A stretch of 64,000 nt of DNA, from contig DAIRFV010000003.1 of the NCBI GenBank assembly GCA_036794905.1, positions 3,866-67,865 on the forward strand. Reading direction: 5' to 3'. The translations under genes and the position numbers were made by a program. Shown here one piece after another: positions 27,821-36,844 of this stretch. The stretch comes from Pyrinomonadaceae bacterium. GTDB lineage: Bacteria > Acidobacteriota > Blastocatellia > Pyrinomonadales > Pyrinomonadaceae. The notes under the pieces are model-generated. The model did no database searches. It was not told the DNA's origin and was given only the letters and a program-made list of their open reading frames with translations. Within the stretch, counting starts at the first letter, position 1, and every line of letters begins with the position of its first letter.

Positions 27821-29263
27821 TCACCTCGCGGGGGCGGGCGGCGGCGGCGTGCGCGCGCCGCGTGCCGCCGTAAAAAGCGCCGCGTTGAGGAACCAGAATT
27901 CCAGCCCCCCCTGCGACATGAAGATCGGGTAGCTGAAGGTCACGGCGAAGGTGCCGAGGTTGTAGGCGACCAGCAGCGCGCCCCAGAGCCAGAGCCCGTT
28001 ATCGCGCGAGGCGGGGTGTCGCGCGATCCGCCAGGCCGTGCGGAAGGCCACCAGGATGGCCGCCGGGTAGGCCAGCATCAACAGGACGCCGCCGTCGAAG
28101 AGCCACCCCGTCCACTGAATCTCGACGTAGAGCCCCTCGCTGTTGGTGGCGGCCTCTTCGCCGAAATACGCGGCCATCATGCCCCACCGGCCGAGGCCGG
28201 CCCCGAGGGGGTACTGGGGCAGCGACTCGGTCATCGTCTGCTCCACGAACCGGCCGCGGTTGACGTAGTAGACCTCCGAAGGGGAGCCCTCGACGAGCGA
28301 CGACAGCCTCCGCGTCACCGCCTCGCCTCCGACCGCCGCCGCCAGCACGAAACCCGCGAGGACGGTCCCCGCGACCGCCGCGAGCAGCGGGGCGAGTTGC
28401 GTGAGGCGCTTCAGCCACCCGATCATCGCGAGGAAGGCGACGACGCAGATGCCGGTCATCACGAGCACCACCCGCACCTGACAGAGGTACAGGCACATCA
28501 TCCCGACGAGCATGCTGCCGACGCACAACGCCCGCAGCCACAGGCGTCGGAACGTGAGCAGGCAGGCCAGGCCGAAGAGGACGGCGTAGAAGCCGGCCGT
28601 CGCCGCGCCGCCCGGCGTGTCGGTCAGGCCCATCGGCCGGAAGATGCGCTCCCCGCTGCTCAGAGTGATCTGGAGGCTGTTGACGTACCCCTCGTCCATG
28701 CCGGCGTAGACCGCCGAAAGATTAGACTGGAAGCTCCCGGGGAAATAGACCTGAAGGACGCCCACGCCCGCGCTGAGCGTGTGGAAGGCCCAGAGGATGA
28801 TGAGCACGCGCTTCAAGTCCGCCGCGCCGAAACGCAGGCGCGCGACCCAGAAGAGCGGCGCGAGGATCGACAGGTACATCATCGACTGCGCCACGCCCAC
28901 CACCAGCCCGCTCGTATCCGGGTGCAGGATCGAGATGAAGACCAGCGCCAGCGCCACCGCCGCCGCCGGGATCGCCGGATGCTTGAACGAACGCCCGGGC
29001 AGCAGGACGAGGCAGGCGATGCTGACGCCGAAGGCACTCATGCGCACGAGCGTCCGCGCCGCCCCGAGGTCGGCCGCCGCCAGCAGCAGTTGACAGGCGA
29101 TCTGAAAGAGGATGAAGGCGTGCAGCCAGAACCGCGCGTGCCCGGGCACGGCACTGCCCGCCGTCGAGGTCGGGCGCGTCCCGGCGAGGACGGCCGGTGG
29201 TGTCGTGTTCGCTACCACAAAGGCCCCCCCGCCTCCGGAGAGAGCCACAGCAGGTGCGGCCAC
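27821..29263 (-). CDS. O-antigen ligase/polymerase-like membrane protein (Wzy-like)
   Basis: About 10-12 predicted TM segments with a large loop, and its position in a Wzx/Wzc/Wza locus. The start is uncertain: the GTG at 29218 would reduce the overlap with the upstream FkbM gene to 7 nt. Confidence 0.65.
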   Translation of the reverse strand: MAAPAVALSGGGGAFVVANTTPPAVLAGTRPTSTAGSAVPGHARFWLHAFILFQIACQLLLAAADLGAARTLVRMSAFGVSIACLVLLPGRSFKHPAIPAAAVALALVFISILHPDTSGLVVGVAQSMMYLSILAPLFWVARLRFGAADLKRVLIILWAFHTLSAGVGVLQVYFPGSFQSNLSAVYAGMDEGYVNSLQITLSSGERIFRPMGLTDTPGGAATAGFYAVLFGLACLLTFRRLWLRALCVGSMLVGMMCLYLCQVRVVLVMTGICVVAFLAMIGWLKRLTQLAPLLAAVAGTVLAGFVLAAAVGGEAVTRRLSSLVEGSPSEVYYVNRGRFVEQTMTESLPQYPLGAGLGRWGMMAAYFGEEAATNSEGLYVEIQWTGWLFDGGVLLMLAYPAAILVAFRTAWRIARHPASRDNGLWLWGALLVAYNLGTFAVTFSYPIFMSQGGLEFWFLNAALFTAARGARTPPPPAPAR

Positions 29264-30150
29264 GCCTCCAACGGCTCGTCCCGGCGCAGCGGGCTCAGGA
29301 ACTCGCCCACCCGCACCCGAGACGAGTAGGCGGCGCGCCGCGTCGCCGCCGGGGTGTGGTCAATCCGCCAGCCGCGGTAGCCCGCGCCGGCCAGCAGCCC
29401 GACCACCTCGCCCACCGAACGCGACCTCTCGGCGAGGAGCGCGGGGTGCAGCTCAAGCAGCACGCACCTGTACCGCCCGCCCGCCAGGCCGGCGCGCATG
29501 CCCGCGAGCGCCAAATCTTCGGCCCCTTCAATATCCATTTTCAGAACGTCCACGCGCCCGAACCCGCCGTGCTCGTCGAGCAGCGCGTCCAGCGCGCGCG
29601 CCGGGACGGAGAAACGCGCTCCCCCGTCCGGCTCCTCCTCGACCACGCGCGAGAGGCCGAAGTTTCCGCCGCTCTCGTCGAACCCGGCGAGCGTCAGCGT
29701 CCCGTCGCGGTCGGACGCGGCGACCCGGTGTGCCGAGACCTGCCGCAGGCGGTTGCGCTCTATGTTCTCGCAGAGCACCCCGTGGAGGCGCGGGTCGGGC
29801 TCGACGCACGACACGCGCCCGCCCGGGCCGACGAGGTGCGCCGCGAGCAGCGTGAAGTAGCCCCAGTTGGCGCCGACATCGACGAAGGTCATCCCGGGTT
29901 TGAGCAGGCGGCGCAGCAGGGCCGTGTCCTGCGGCTCGTACCGCCCGGTGAAGCAGACCTCGCGCGCGATGGAGTCGCGCAGGTCGCACGCGTAAGAGTA
30001 CCCGCCCAGCTCTGCGGGCAGTCTGCGCAGGAAGGCCGAGGGCGGGCGGCGGCAGAGCCGGTTCATCGCGCGGTAGCGGCCGGCGGGCGCGAGCCTGACC
30101 GCGGCCGCGGCCAGGCGCACCCATGCGGGCGCGGCACGGAGTTCAGCCAA
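29212..30150 (-). CDS. FkbM-family methyltransferase
   Basis: FVDVGANWGYFTLLAA...VSCVEPDPRL...LKMDIEGAEDLALAGM. Confidence 0.8.
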   Translation of the reverse strand: MAELRAAPAWVRLAAAAVRLAPAGRYRAMNRLCRRPPSAFLRRLPAELGGYSYACDLRDSIAREVCFTGRYEPQDTALLRRLLKPGMTFVDVGANWGYFTLLAAHLVGPGGRVSCVEPDPRLHGVLCENIERNRLRQVSAHRVAASDRDGTLTLAGFDESGGNFGLSRVVEEEPDGGARFSVPARALDALLDEHGGFGRVDVLKMDIEGAEDLALAGMRAGLAGGRYRCVLLELHPALLAERSRSVGEVVGLLAGAGYRGWRIDHTPAATRRAAYSSRVRVGEFLSPLRRDEPLEAWPHLLWLSPEAGGPLW

Positions 30151-30829
30151 GGGGTCTCCTTCCGGCGAGCAGCACGTTATCCGAGAAGGCGCGCGGCGCG
30201 ACGAGGGGGAGCGGCCGCGGGTAGTGCCACGGGGTCAGGACGACGCGCCCGCTGTGGCTGTAGCGCACCCGCACGCCTTCGAGGCCGCACTCGGCGGCGA
30301 TCCTCCGCAAGTCCACTTCGAGCAGCGCGGTCAAGTGCGCGGGGTAGTCTACATCCTGAAAAGCCGCGTGGCGCCCCTTGAGGAGGAGGGTCAGCAGGCT
30401 CAGGAGGCTCTGCTGGTTCGGCGTCGTGACGACGACCAGCCCGCCCGGCTTCGCCAGCCTGACCAGCTCGCGGACGAAGGCGCGTGGATTTTCGAGATGT
30501 TCGATGACCTCGACCGCGGCGACCACGTCGGCGCACGCCTCCGGGAGCGGCCAGCCCGCCGAGTTCAGGTCGGCCTGTGCGAATTCGGCCTCCGCCCGAA
30601 GCCCCCCGTAGCGGACGGCGTCAACGCCCACGAGGCGCGAGAAACGCCCCCCCATGTACGAGAGAAGATTTCCGCTCCCGCATCCCACGTCAACGAGCGT
30701 CCCGCCCGTCGCGCCCGCCTCCGTGATGGCCTCCGCCACCATGCGGTAGATGGCGTCCCCGCTCCGGCCCAGACTCTGGCGCGCACGCGCCTCGAGCCCC
30801 GAAGCGCTATGCGAAGTTAAGGCACTCAT
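30143..30829 (-). CDS. Class I SAM-dependent methyltransferase
   Basis: LVDVGCGSGNLLSYM (motif I), VVAAVEVIEHL and GGLVVVTTPN. Confidence 0.8.
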   Translation of the reverse strand: MSALTSHSASGLEARARQSLGRSGDAIYRMVAEAITEAGATGGTLVDVGCGSGNLLSYMGGRFSRLVGVDAVRYGGLRAEAEFAQADLNSAGWPLPEACADVVAAVEVIEHLENPRAFVRELVRLAKPGGLVVVTTPNQQSLLSLLTLLLKGRHAAFQDVDYPAHLTALLEVDLRRIAAECGLEGVRVRYSHSGRVVLTPWHYPRPLPLVAPRAFSDNVLLAGRRPLG

Positions 30830-31961
30830 TCGTCTGCTTGTGCGCCTCGGCCGCGTGCGCCAGCAGCGCGTCCAGCTCGCGCGTGCGCCTCCCCACGTCG
30901 CAGAGGAACTCGGCCCGGTCGGGGCCGCCCCGGCCGAGCTTCCGGCGCAGGCCGGGCGATTCGATGAGGCGCCGCAGGGCCGCGGCGAGCGCCGGCTCGT
31001 CGCCGGGCGGTACGAGCACGCCGCACGAGTCGTTGACGATCTCGGGCGCGGCGCCGATGGAGGTCGTGACCACGGGCAGCCCGGCCGCGAGGGCTTCGAC
31101 GAGGGCGATGCCGAACGGCTCCGGTGCCGTGTTCGGCTGGCAGTGGATGTCTGCGGCCCCCAGCAGCGTCGGCACGTCCGTCCGCTGGCCGAGGAACCGA
31201 ACCCGGCCCGCGATGCCGAGCCGGGCGGCCTCGTCCTGAAGCGACTTGACGTAGCCGACTTCCGTCGGGCGCTGCGCGCCTCCCGCCATCCAGCACGTCC
31301 AGCCGGGCAACTCCTTCAGCCGCGCCAACGCGCGGAGGTGAGGCGCATGCCCCTTCCACTCCTCCATCCGGCTGGCCTGGAGGATGACCACGTCATCCTC
31401 CGCCGTGCCGAGGCCGGCGCGCAGGCGCGCCCGCTCGGGGGGAGTGAGCGCGTCCCGGCCGGGCGGCTCGACCGGGCAGTAGAGCACCGCGGTCGGGCTT
31501 CCGGGGTAGAGCGACGCGGCGGTCGTCTCGGTGAAGCGGCTGTTGCAGACGACGAGGTCGGGGACGGTGCGCCGCGCCCAGCGCTCAATCCAGTGCCGCC
31601 CGCGCGCCGCGTCGTGCATCCAGAAGACGAGGGGGACGCCTGCCGAGCGCGCCGCCGCCGCCCCGACGATCAAAGACCAGGGCGCGTGGCAGACCACCGC
31701 GGCGAAACTTTCCCGCAGCAGCAGCTCCCCGAGGCGCGCCCGCGCGCGCCAAATTGTCTGCGGCGCGCCCAGCCGCACCCGGCCGAGCAGGTGGACGCGC
31801 GCGCCGGCCGCGCGCAACTCCTCACTCAGGCGTCCCTCGAAGCAGAGGGCGAATTGAGACTCTAACCCCGGGTAGGCGCGGCGCCCGCGCGCGAGCGTCG
31901 CCAGCATCGCCTCGACGCCGCCGTAGAGGTTCCCGCTGTAGACGTGGAGGACGTGCTTCAA
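30807..31961 (-). CDS. Glycosyltransferase, GT-B fold
   Basis: PEPFGIALVEALAAGLPVVTTSIG motif. The 842-aa track ORF is a run-on. The proposed start is the TTG at 31961-31959 (LKHVLHVYSGNLYGG...), which overlaps the upstream stop as TTGA. Confidence 0.7.
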   Translation of the reverse strand: MKHVLHVYSGNLYGGVEAMLATLARGRRAYPGLESQFALCFEGRLSEELRAAGARVHLLGRVRLGAPQTIWRARARLGELLLRESFAAVVCHAPWSLIVGAAAARSAGVPLVFWMHDAARGRHWIERWARRTVPDLVVCNSRFTETTAASLYPGSPTAVLYCPVEPPGRDALTPPERARLRAGLGTAEDDVVILQASRMEEWKGHAPHLRALARLKELPGWTCWMAGGAQRPTEVGYVKSLQDEAARLGIAGRVRFLGQRTDVPTLLGAADIHCQPNTAPEPFGIALVEALAAGLPVVTTSIGAAPEIVNDSCGVLVPPGDEPALAAALRRLIESPGLRRKLGRGGPDRAEFLCDVGRRTRELDALLAHAAEAHKQTNECLNFA

Positions 31962-33184
31962 TGCGACGCCTCGGCTTCCCGGTAGGGCGCCGCCAGCCCG
32001 GCGGCCAGACGCGCGCGGTCGAAGTAGCGCTCGGCGGTCGCGCGCCCCGCCCGCCCGCGCCGGGCGCGCAGTTCCGCGTCCGCCGCGAGCCGCCCGATCT
32101 GTGAGGCCAACTCCCCCGCGTCGCCCGGGGCGTGCGCGAAGGGGACGTTGCCCATGGAGATGATCTCCGCCGCCCCGCCCGCGCTGCTCGCGATGACCGG
32201 CAGGCCGCACGCCATGCCCTCGGCGATGACGAGGCCGAAGGGCTCCGGCCGGGTGCTCGCGTGCACGAGCACGTCGAGCGAGCGGATGGCCGCCTCCGGG
32301 TTCTCGACGAAGCCGGCGAAGCCCACGCGCCCCCCCAGGCCGAGGCGCGCGGCCAGTCCGCGCAGCTCTTCGGGGCTGAACTGGCTGCCCTGAGTCCGGT
32401 AGATCGAGCCGCCGATGACGTAGCCGCGCACGGGCGTGTCGGCGGGCAGGAGGGAGAGCGCCGTGAGGAATGTCTCGTGCCCTTTCCAGCGCGCCATGGT
32501 CGCGAGCAGTCCCACCCGCACCGTGCCCGGCGCGGCGGCGGGCAGCCCGGAGAGTGCGTCGAGGTCGAGCCGCTCGCCCTCGGGCGAGAAGACCTCCAGG
32601 TCCACCCCGTTGTAAAGAGTGAAGGTCTTCAACCCGTCCCCGCAGACCGCGCGCAAGTCCGCGCCGACGCTGTCGGAGTTGACGATGGCGGCGGCGCAGC
32701 GGCGCGAATACTTCCTGAGCAGGCGTGCCATCAGCGGGCGCTGACCGACGTAGTCGTGGACGTGCCAGACGACCGGCGGCCGTGCGCCCGGCCGCGCCCA
32801 CACGCTCAGCACGTGCGCCTTCAGCCCGTTGGCGTGTACCACGTCCGGGCTGATGCGGCGGAGGGCGGCCCTCAGTTTTCGGAGGTGGCGGAAGAGTCCG
32901 GGCACGGCCGCCAGAAGATTGACGACCAACCTGACCCGGCTGATTTGGCGGCCCGCCGGCCCGCCCGCCCCGGCGTCGCCGAGGCGGGCGAGCGCCGGCG
33001 GGAACTCGACGACCTCGACCTCCACCCCGAGGGCAGACGCTCTGGTCGAAAAGACCCCGGCGTGTGGGACTATCAAGTGCAGGCCCCAGCCCGGCTCGGC
33101 CGCGCGGATGCTCGCCATAATGTCGTACAGGCTCCGCTCCGCCCCTCCCATTTCGCCCGAGGCGCTGAGGAATAGAAGCTTCAT
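31958..33184 (-). CDS. Glycosyltransferase, GT-B fold
   Basis: MKLLFLSASGEMGGAERSLYD at the N-terminus and PEPFGLVIAEGMACGLPVIASSAGG. Confidence 0.8.
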   Translation of the reverse strand: MKLLFLSASGEMGGAERSLYDIMASIRAAEPGWGLHLIVPHAGVFSTRASALGVEVEVVEFPPALARLGDAGAGGPAGRQISRVRLVVNLLAAVPGLFRHLRKLRAALRRISPDVVHANGLKAHVLSVWARPGARPPVVWHVHDYVGQRPLMARLLRKYSRRCAAAIVNSDSVGADLRAVCGDGLKTFTLYNGVDLEVFSPEGERLDLDALSGLPAAAPGTVRVGLLATMARWKGHETFLTALSLLPADTPVRGYVIGGSIYRTQGSQFSPEELRGLAARLGLGGRVGFAGFVENPEAAIRSLDVLVHASTRPEPFGLVIAEGMACGLPVIASSAGGAAEIISMGNVPFAHAPGDAGELASQIGRLAADAELRARRGRAGRATAERYFDRARLAAGLAAPYREAEASH

Positions 33185-33246
33185 CGGGTGTGCGGGGAAG
33201 GGGGGGACGGGACTCGGCCCACGGGCCGCCGTCCGCGCGCGCGGGT

Positions 33247-35700
33247 TCAGTTCGGGAGCGACTGTTCGGTCGCCGCCTCCGCGTTGTAATAGGTCTGGGC
33301 GTAATAGCTGCGGTAGTAGTAAAAGTCGCTCTCACGCAGGTTGACGTTATTCAGGATGACGCCGAAGACCTTGGCCCCCACGTCCTGGAGGATTTGCTTC
33401 GCGCGGCGGGCGGCGGCGCGCGAGGTCTTGCCGCTGTTGACGACGAGGAGCACGCCGTCGACGAGCGTGGCGGCGAGCACGCCGTCGGTGAACGAGCCCA
33501 CGGGCGGCGTGTCGATGACGATGTGCGTGAACGTGCCTTCCAACGTCCTGACGAGAGAGCGCATCTGCTCCGAGCCGACCAGCTCGGCCGGGTTCGGCGG
33601 GACTGCGCCCGACGTGAGGATGTTCAGGCCCGTCCCCTCGTGCTGGTGAATCATCGAGAGGATTTCCGCCTCGCTCACGTCGTTCGAGAGGATGGTGCTC
33701 AGGCCGCGGCCGTTCCCCACGTCGAAGATCGAGTGGAGGCGCGGGCGGCGCATGTCGGCGTCGATGATGAGCACGTTCGCCCCGGTCTGCGCCAGCGAGA
33801 GGGCGGTGTTGACCGCGGTCGTCGTCTTCCCCTCCGACGGGGCGCTTGAGGTGACGAGGAGCGTCTTGGGCGCGTGGCCCGGCGTGGAGAGCAGCACGGA
33901 GGTTCGGAGGTGCCTGTAAGCCTCGGCGAGCGCCGAGCGCGTCTCCACGTTGACGAGCAGCTCGGGCGACTCCTGGCCGCGGCGGACGAGGGCGCGCGAG
34001 GGGAGCAGGCCCCGCTTCGCGAAGCCGCCGACCGCGGGGATGATGCCGATCGACGGCAGGCGCAGCCAGCGCTCCACGTCCTCGGTCGAGCGCACCGAGT
34101 CGTTCATGTACTCGAGGAAGACCGAGAGGACGACGGCCCCGGCGAGCGAGAGGGCGAGCACCATGGCGACGCCGCGCAGGCGCTGCGGGCCGACGGGGTG
34201 GTCGGGGACGACGGCGTAGTCGGCCACGAAGATGTTGTTGGGCGTGCCCGCCAGCACCACGTCGTTCTCCTTCGAACGCTGGAGCAGGCCGTCCAGGAGC
34301 TGCTTGTTGGTCTCGATCTCCTGCTGGATGATACGGTAGTTGATGGCCGCCTCGTTCTGCGTGAGCGTCTCGCCGCGCTGCCGCTCGAAGTCGGCGCGCA
34401 CCGCCCGCTCCCGCTCGAGCGCCTGGCGGTAGCGCGTTTCGAGGTTGAGGGTCACGACCGTGGTCGCGCGCGCCTTCGTCTCACTCGCCTGCTTTTCCAG
34501 CGTCGCTATCTGCTGGTTAATCTCCTTGACCTCGGGCCACTCCTCGGTGTTGTTGACGAGGAGTTGCGAGCGCCGCTCCTTGAGCGCCGCCAGCTTCGCC
34601 TCGATGTCCTCTTTGGACTTGCCGTCCTTCTCGGCCAGCGCGCTCGCGGCGCCGGGCGACTGCGCCGCGCGGTAGGCGGCCTCGGCGTCCTTGCGCTCGT
34701 TCTCGGCCTGGAGGAGTTGCTGGTTGAGCCCGGCCAGGCGCTCGACCACGGTGTTCTGGCTGCCGTCGAGCGAGAGAATCTGGTGCGTCTTCGCGTAGTT
34801 GACCAGGCGCTCTTCGTCGCTGCGAATGCCGGACTGGAGTTCGGCCACCCGCTTCTGTAGGAAGTCGCCGGAGGTCGCGTTGTTCTCGGTCTTCTTCTCC
34901 AGGTTCGCGAGGACGAAAGTGTCGGCGATGGCGTTGACGACCTTGGCCACGACCTGCGGGTCGCCGTGCGTGAACCTGATGTCGATGAGGCGCGTGTCCT
35001 TGTTGTAGGAGCTGGTGCGCGTCTCCCTGACGGGCTCGACCCTGAGGCCGGCCTGGAGGATGCCGACGAAGGGGGCGAGGCGTTTGGCCTCGGCCAGGTC
35101 TTCGCGGGCGGTGGCGGGGGCGACGGCGCCGGTGAGGGGCAACTGGTAGGGCTCCTTGCCGCCCTCCCCCTCGGCGGGCGAACTCCGGAGCCCGGCCATG
35201 CGGGAGAGGTTCTGCCAGACGGTGCGGTGCTGCCCCGCCGTGGGTCGCAGGAAGGCTTGGTTGTGTTCGAGGTCGAGCGTCTTGACCACCCGGCGCAGGA
35301 GCGCGGGGCTCGTCAGGTTCTGAAGCTGCGTGTTGAAGTAGGCGGGGTCGGTCGTCTGGCCGTTGTTGATGTAGACGGTGCCGTTCTTGACGGCGCCGGC
35401 GCCGGGGTTGCTCTCAAGGTCAACTTGCACGCGCGTCTGCGCGCTGTAGATGTCGGGCTTTTGCGCGATGTAGACGGCCGCGGCCGCCGTGGACAAGAGG
35501 GTGATCCCGACGATCAGCCAGACGTGCTTGCGCACGGCGCGGAGGTACTCGCGGAAGTGGTTCTCCTCCGCACCCTCCATGTCGCCGTAGCCGGCATAAC
35601 CGCCGTACGGAGGGAGCGCCGCCGGCGCCGCGGCGGACTTCGGCCTGTCGAGGTCTTGCGGCTCGGGGAGCGCAAAGGGCGGACCGTTGATTTCCTTCAT
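33247..35700 (-). CDS. Polysaccharide co-polymerase / tyrosine autokinase (Wzc/GumC/EpsB-like)
   Basis: The 817-aa ORF has an N-terminal Wzz-type chain-length domain with a long coiled coil, Walker A SSAPSEGKTTTAVN, IIDADMRRP, and a C-terminal Tyr cluster (DFYYYRSYYAQTYY). Confidence 0.9.
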   Translation of the reverse strand: MKEINGPPFALPEPQDLDRPKSAAAPAALPPYGGYAGYGDMEGAEENHFREYLRAVRKHVWLIVGITLLSTAAAAVYIAQKPDIYSAQTRVQVDLESNPGAGAVKNGTVYINNGQTTDPAYFNTQLQNLTSPALLRRVVKTLDLEHNQAFLRPTAGQHRTVWQNLSRMAGLRSSPAEGEGGKEPYQLPLTGAVAPATAREDLAEAKRLAPFVGILQAGLRVEPVRETRTSSYNKDTRLIDIRFTHGDPQVVAKVVNAIADTFVLANLEKKTENNATSGDFLQKRVAELQSGIRSDEERLVNYAKTHQILSLDGSQNTVVERLAGLNQQLLQAENERKDAEAAYRAAQSPGAASALAEKDGKSKEDIEAKLAALKERRSQLLVNNTEEWPEVKEINQQIATLEKQASETKARATTVVTLNLETRYRQALERERAVRADFERQRGETLTQNEAAINYRIIQQEIETNKQLLDGLLQRSKENDVVLAGTPNNIFVADYAVVPDHPVGPQRLRGVAMVLALSLAGAVVLSVFLEYMNDSVRSTEDVERWLRLPSIGIIPAVGGFAKRGLLPSRALVRRGQESPELLVNVETRSALAEAYRHLRTSVLLSTPGHAPKTLLVTSSAPSEGKTTTAVNTALSLAQTGANVLIIDADMRRPRLHSIFDVGNGRGLSTILSNDVSEAEILSMIHQHEGTGLNILTSGAVPPNPAELVGSEQMRSLVRTLEGTFTHIVIDTPPVGSFTDGVLAATLVDGVLLVVNSGKTSRAAARRAKQILQDVGAKVFGVILNNVNLRESDFYYYRSYYAQTYYNAEAATEQSLPN

Positions 35701-35726
35701 GGGACTTTCCAGCTTCCTTCAAGGGC

Positions 35727-35801
35727 GTGAGCCGTGAACCGTCAACCGTGACGAGTAAGAGCCGGCTTTAATCTCGTCACGGTTGACGGTTCACGGTTCA
35801 C
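35727..35801. repeat. Heptad-periodic hairpin element between the wza-like and wzc-like genes
   Basis: Left arm GTGAGCCGTGAACCGTCAACCGTGACGAG (35727-35755) pairs with right arm CTCGTCACGGTTGACGGTTCACGGTTCAC (35773-35801) with one mismatch. The arms read as CCGTGAA/CCGTCAA/CCGTGAC heptads. Confidence 0.8.
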
Positions 35802-35806
35802 GCTTT

Positions 35807-36826
35807 CTAACGGATGACCTGCACGGGGAGCTGGCCCACCGTGGGGACGACGGCGCCGACGAGGCTCCGCAGAATCCTCTTCCCGCCCGCGATGGGCACG
35901 TCGATGATGTCGTTCGGGAGGAGGGCGATGTCTTCGGCCTGGTGCTTATCGACCGCCTTCATGTCCACGAAGATTTCGCGGCTCTCGCCGTTGGCCTCCT
36001 GGCGGACGATGCGCACCCGCTCCTTGCGCGAGTCGGGCATGAAGCCGCCGACCATGGCGATGGCGCGCGAGACCGTCAGGCGGTCGTCCTTGAGCAGGAT
36101 CGGGCCGGGGCGCAGGACGTTGCCGACGACGTAAGCCTCCTTCGCCTCGGGCAGCGTGATGACGTCGCCGGGCTGGAGGTAGGGGTTCGCGCGCTCGTCG
36201 CCCTTCAGCGTCTCCTCCAGCTTGAAGGTCAGGAAGGACGGGGCGGAGGCGTCGTCAATAATCCCCGTCGCGGTCTGCGCGGCCGCCGCGGCGGGCCTGG
36301 CCGCGCACGCCCCGGGCGCGGGCATGCGCGCGATCTGGACGCGGCCCCCCGACTTCTCCGTCGCGCCGCCGGCGTAGAACTGGAGGAGTTCGAGGAGGCG
36401 GACGGGGCGGCGGAGCTGGAACTGGCCGGGGCGCGCGACCGCGCCGTTGATGGCGACGGGCTGCGAGTTGTACTCCTTCACCTTGACGACGACCTGCGGG
36501 TTGCGCTTGTACTTGGTGTAGAACCTGCGCAGGTGCTCTTGCAGCTCGTTGGTCGTCATCCCGGCGGCGCGCACCTCGTTCTGCTCCTCGTTCTGGACGG
36601 AGAGCAGCGGGATCATCCCGCACTCGTTGACCTCCATCGACTCGGCGGAGAACTGCGGGATGATGTCGGGGGCGGTGACGCGGATGGTCAGCACGTCGCG
36701 GGGGCCGATGCGGTACTGCTCGCCCGCGGGCTGCTGCTGCTGCGCCGGCGCGGCCAGGGCGGCGGCCGCCACGCAGAAGGCCGCGGCGAGAGTGCGGCGC
36801 GCTCTGACGAGGAGTTTGGATTTCAT
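35807..36826 (-). CDS. Polysaccharide export protein (Wza-like, with SLBB-type domains)
   Basis: A signal peptide (MKSKLLVRARRTLAAAFCVAAAALAAPAQQ), YRIGPRDVLTIRV (Poly_export motif) and LQPGDVITLPE / LPNDIIDVP repeats. Confidence 0.85.
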   Translation of the reverse strand: MKSKLLVRARRTLAAAFCVAAAALAAPAQQQQPAGEQYRIGPRDVLTIRVTAPDIIPQFSAESMEVNECGMIPLLSVQNEEQNEVRAAGMTTNELQEHLRRFYTKYKRNPQVVVKVKEYNSQPVAINGAVARPGQFQLRRPVRLLELLQFYAGGATEKSGGRVQIARMPAPGACAARPAAAAAQTATGIIDDASAPSFLTFKLEETLKGDERANPYLQPGDVITLPEAKEAYVVGNVLRPGPILLKDDRLTVSRAIAMVGGFMPDSRKERVRIVRQEANGESREIFVDMKAVDKHQAEDIALLPNDIIDVPIAGGKRILRSLVGAVVPTVGQLPVQVIR

Positions 36827-36844
36827 AACTTTATGGTTCGGAGT

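Noticed and set aside
30807-33335. An 842-aa single ORF, and other over-long track ORFs with Arg/Pro-rich N-termini (11835-13703, 23067-25421, 49673-52498, 10600-12081, 38992-40359).
   Set aside because: The extensions overlap well-supported upstream genes in another frame and have low-complexity composition. Each also contains an internal start that abuts or overlaps the upstream stop codon. I report the trimmed coordinates instead.
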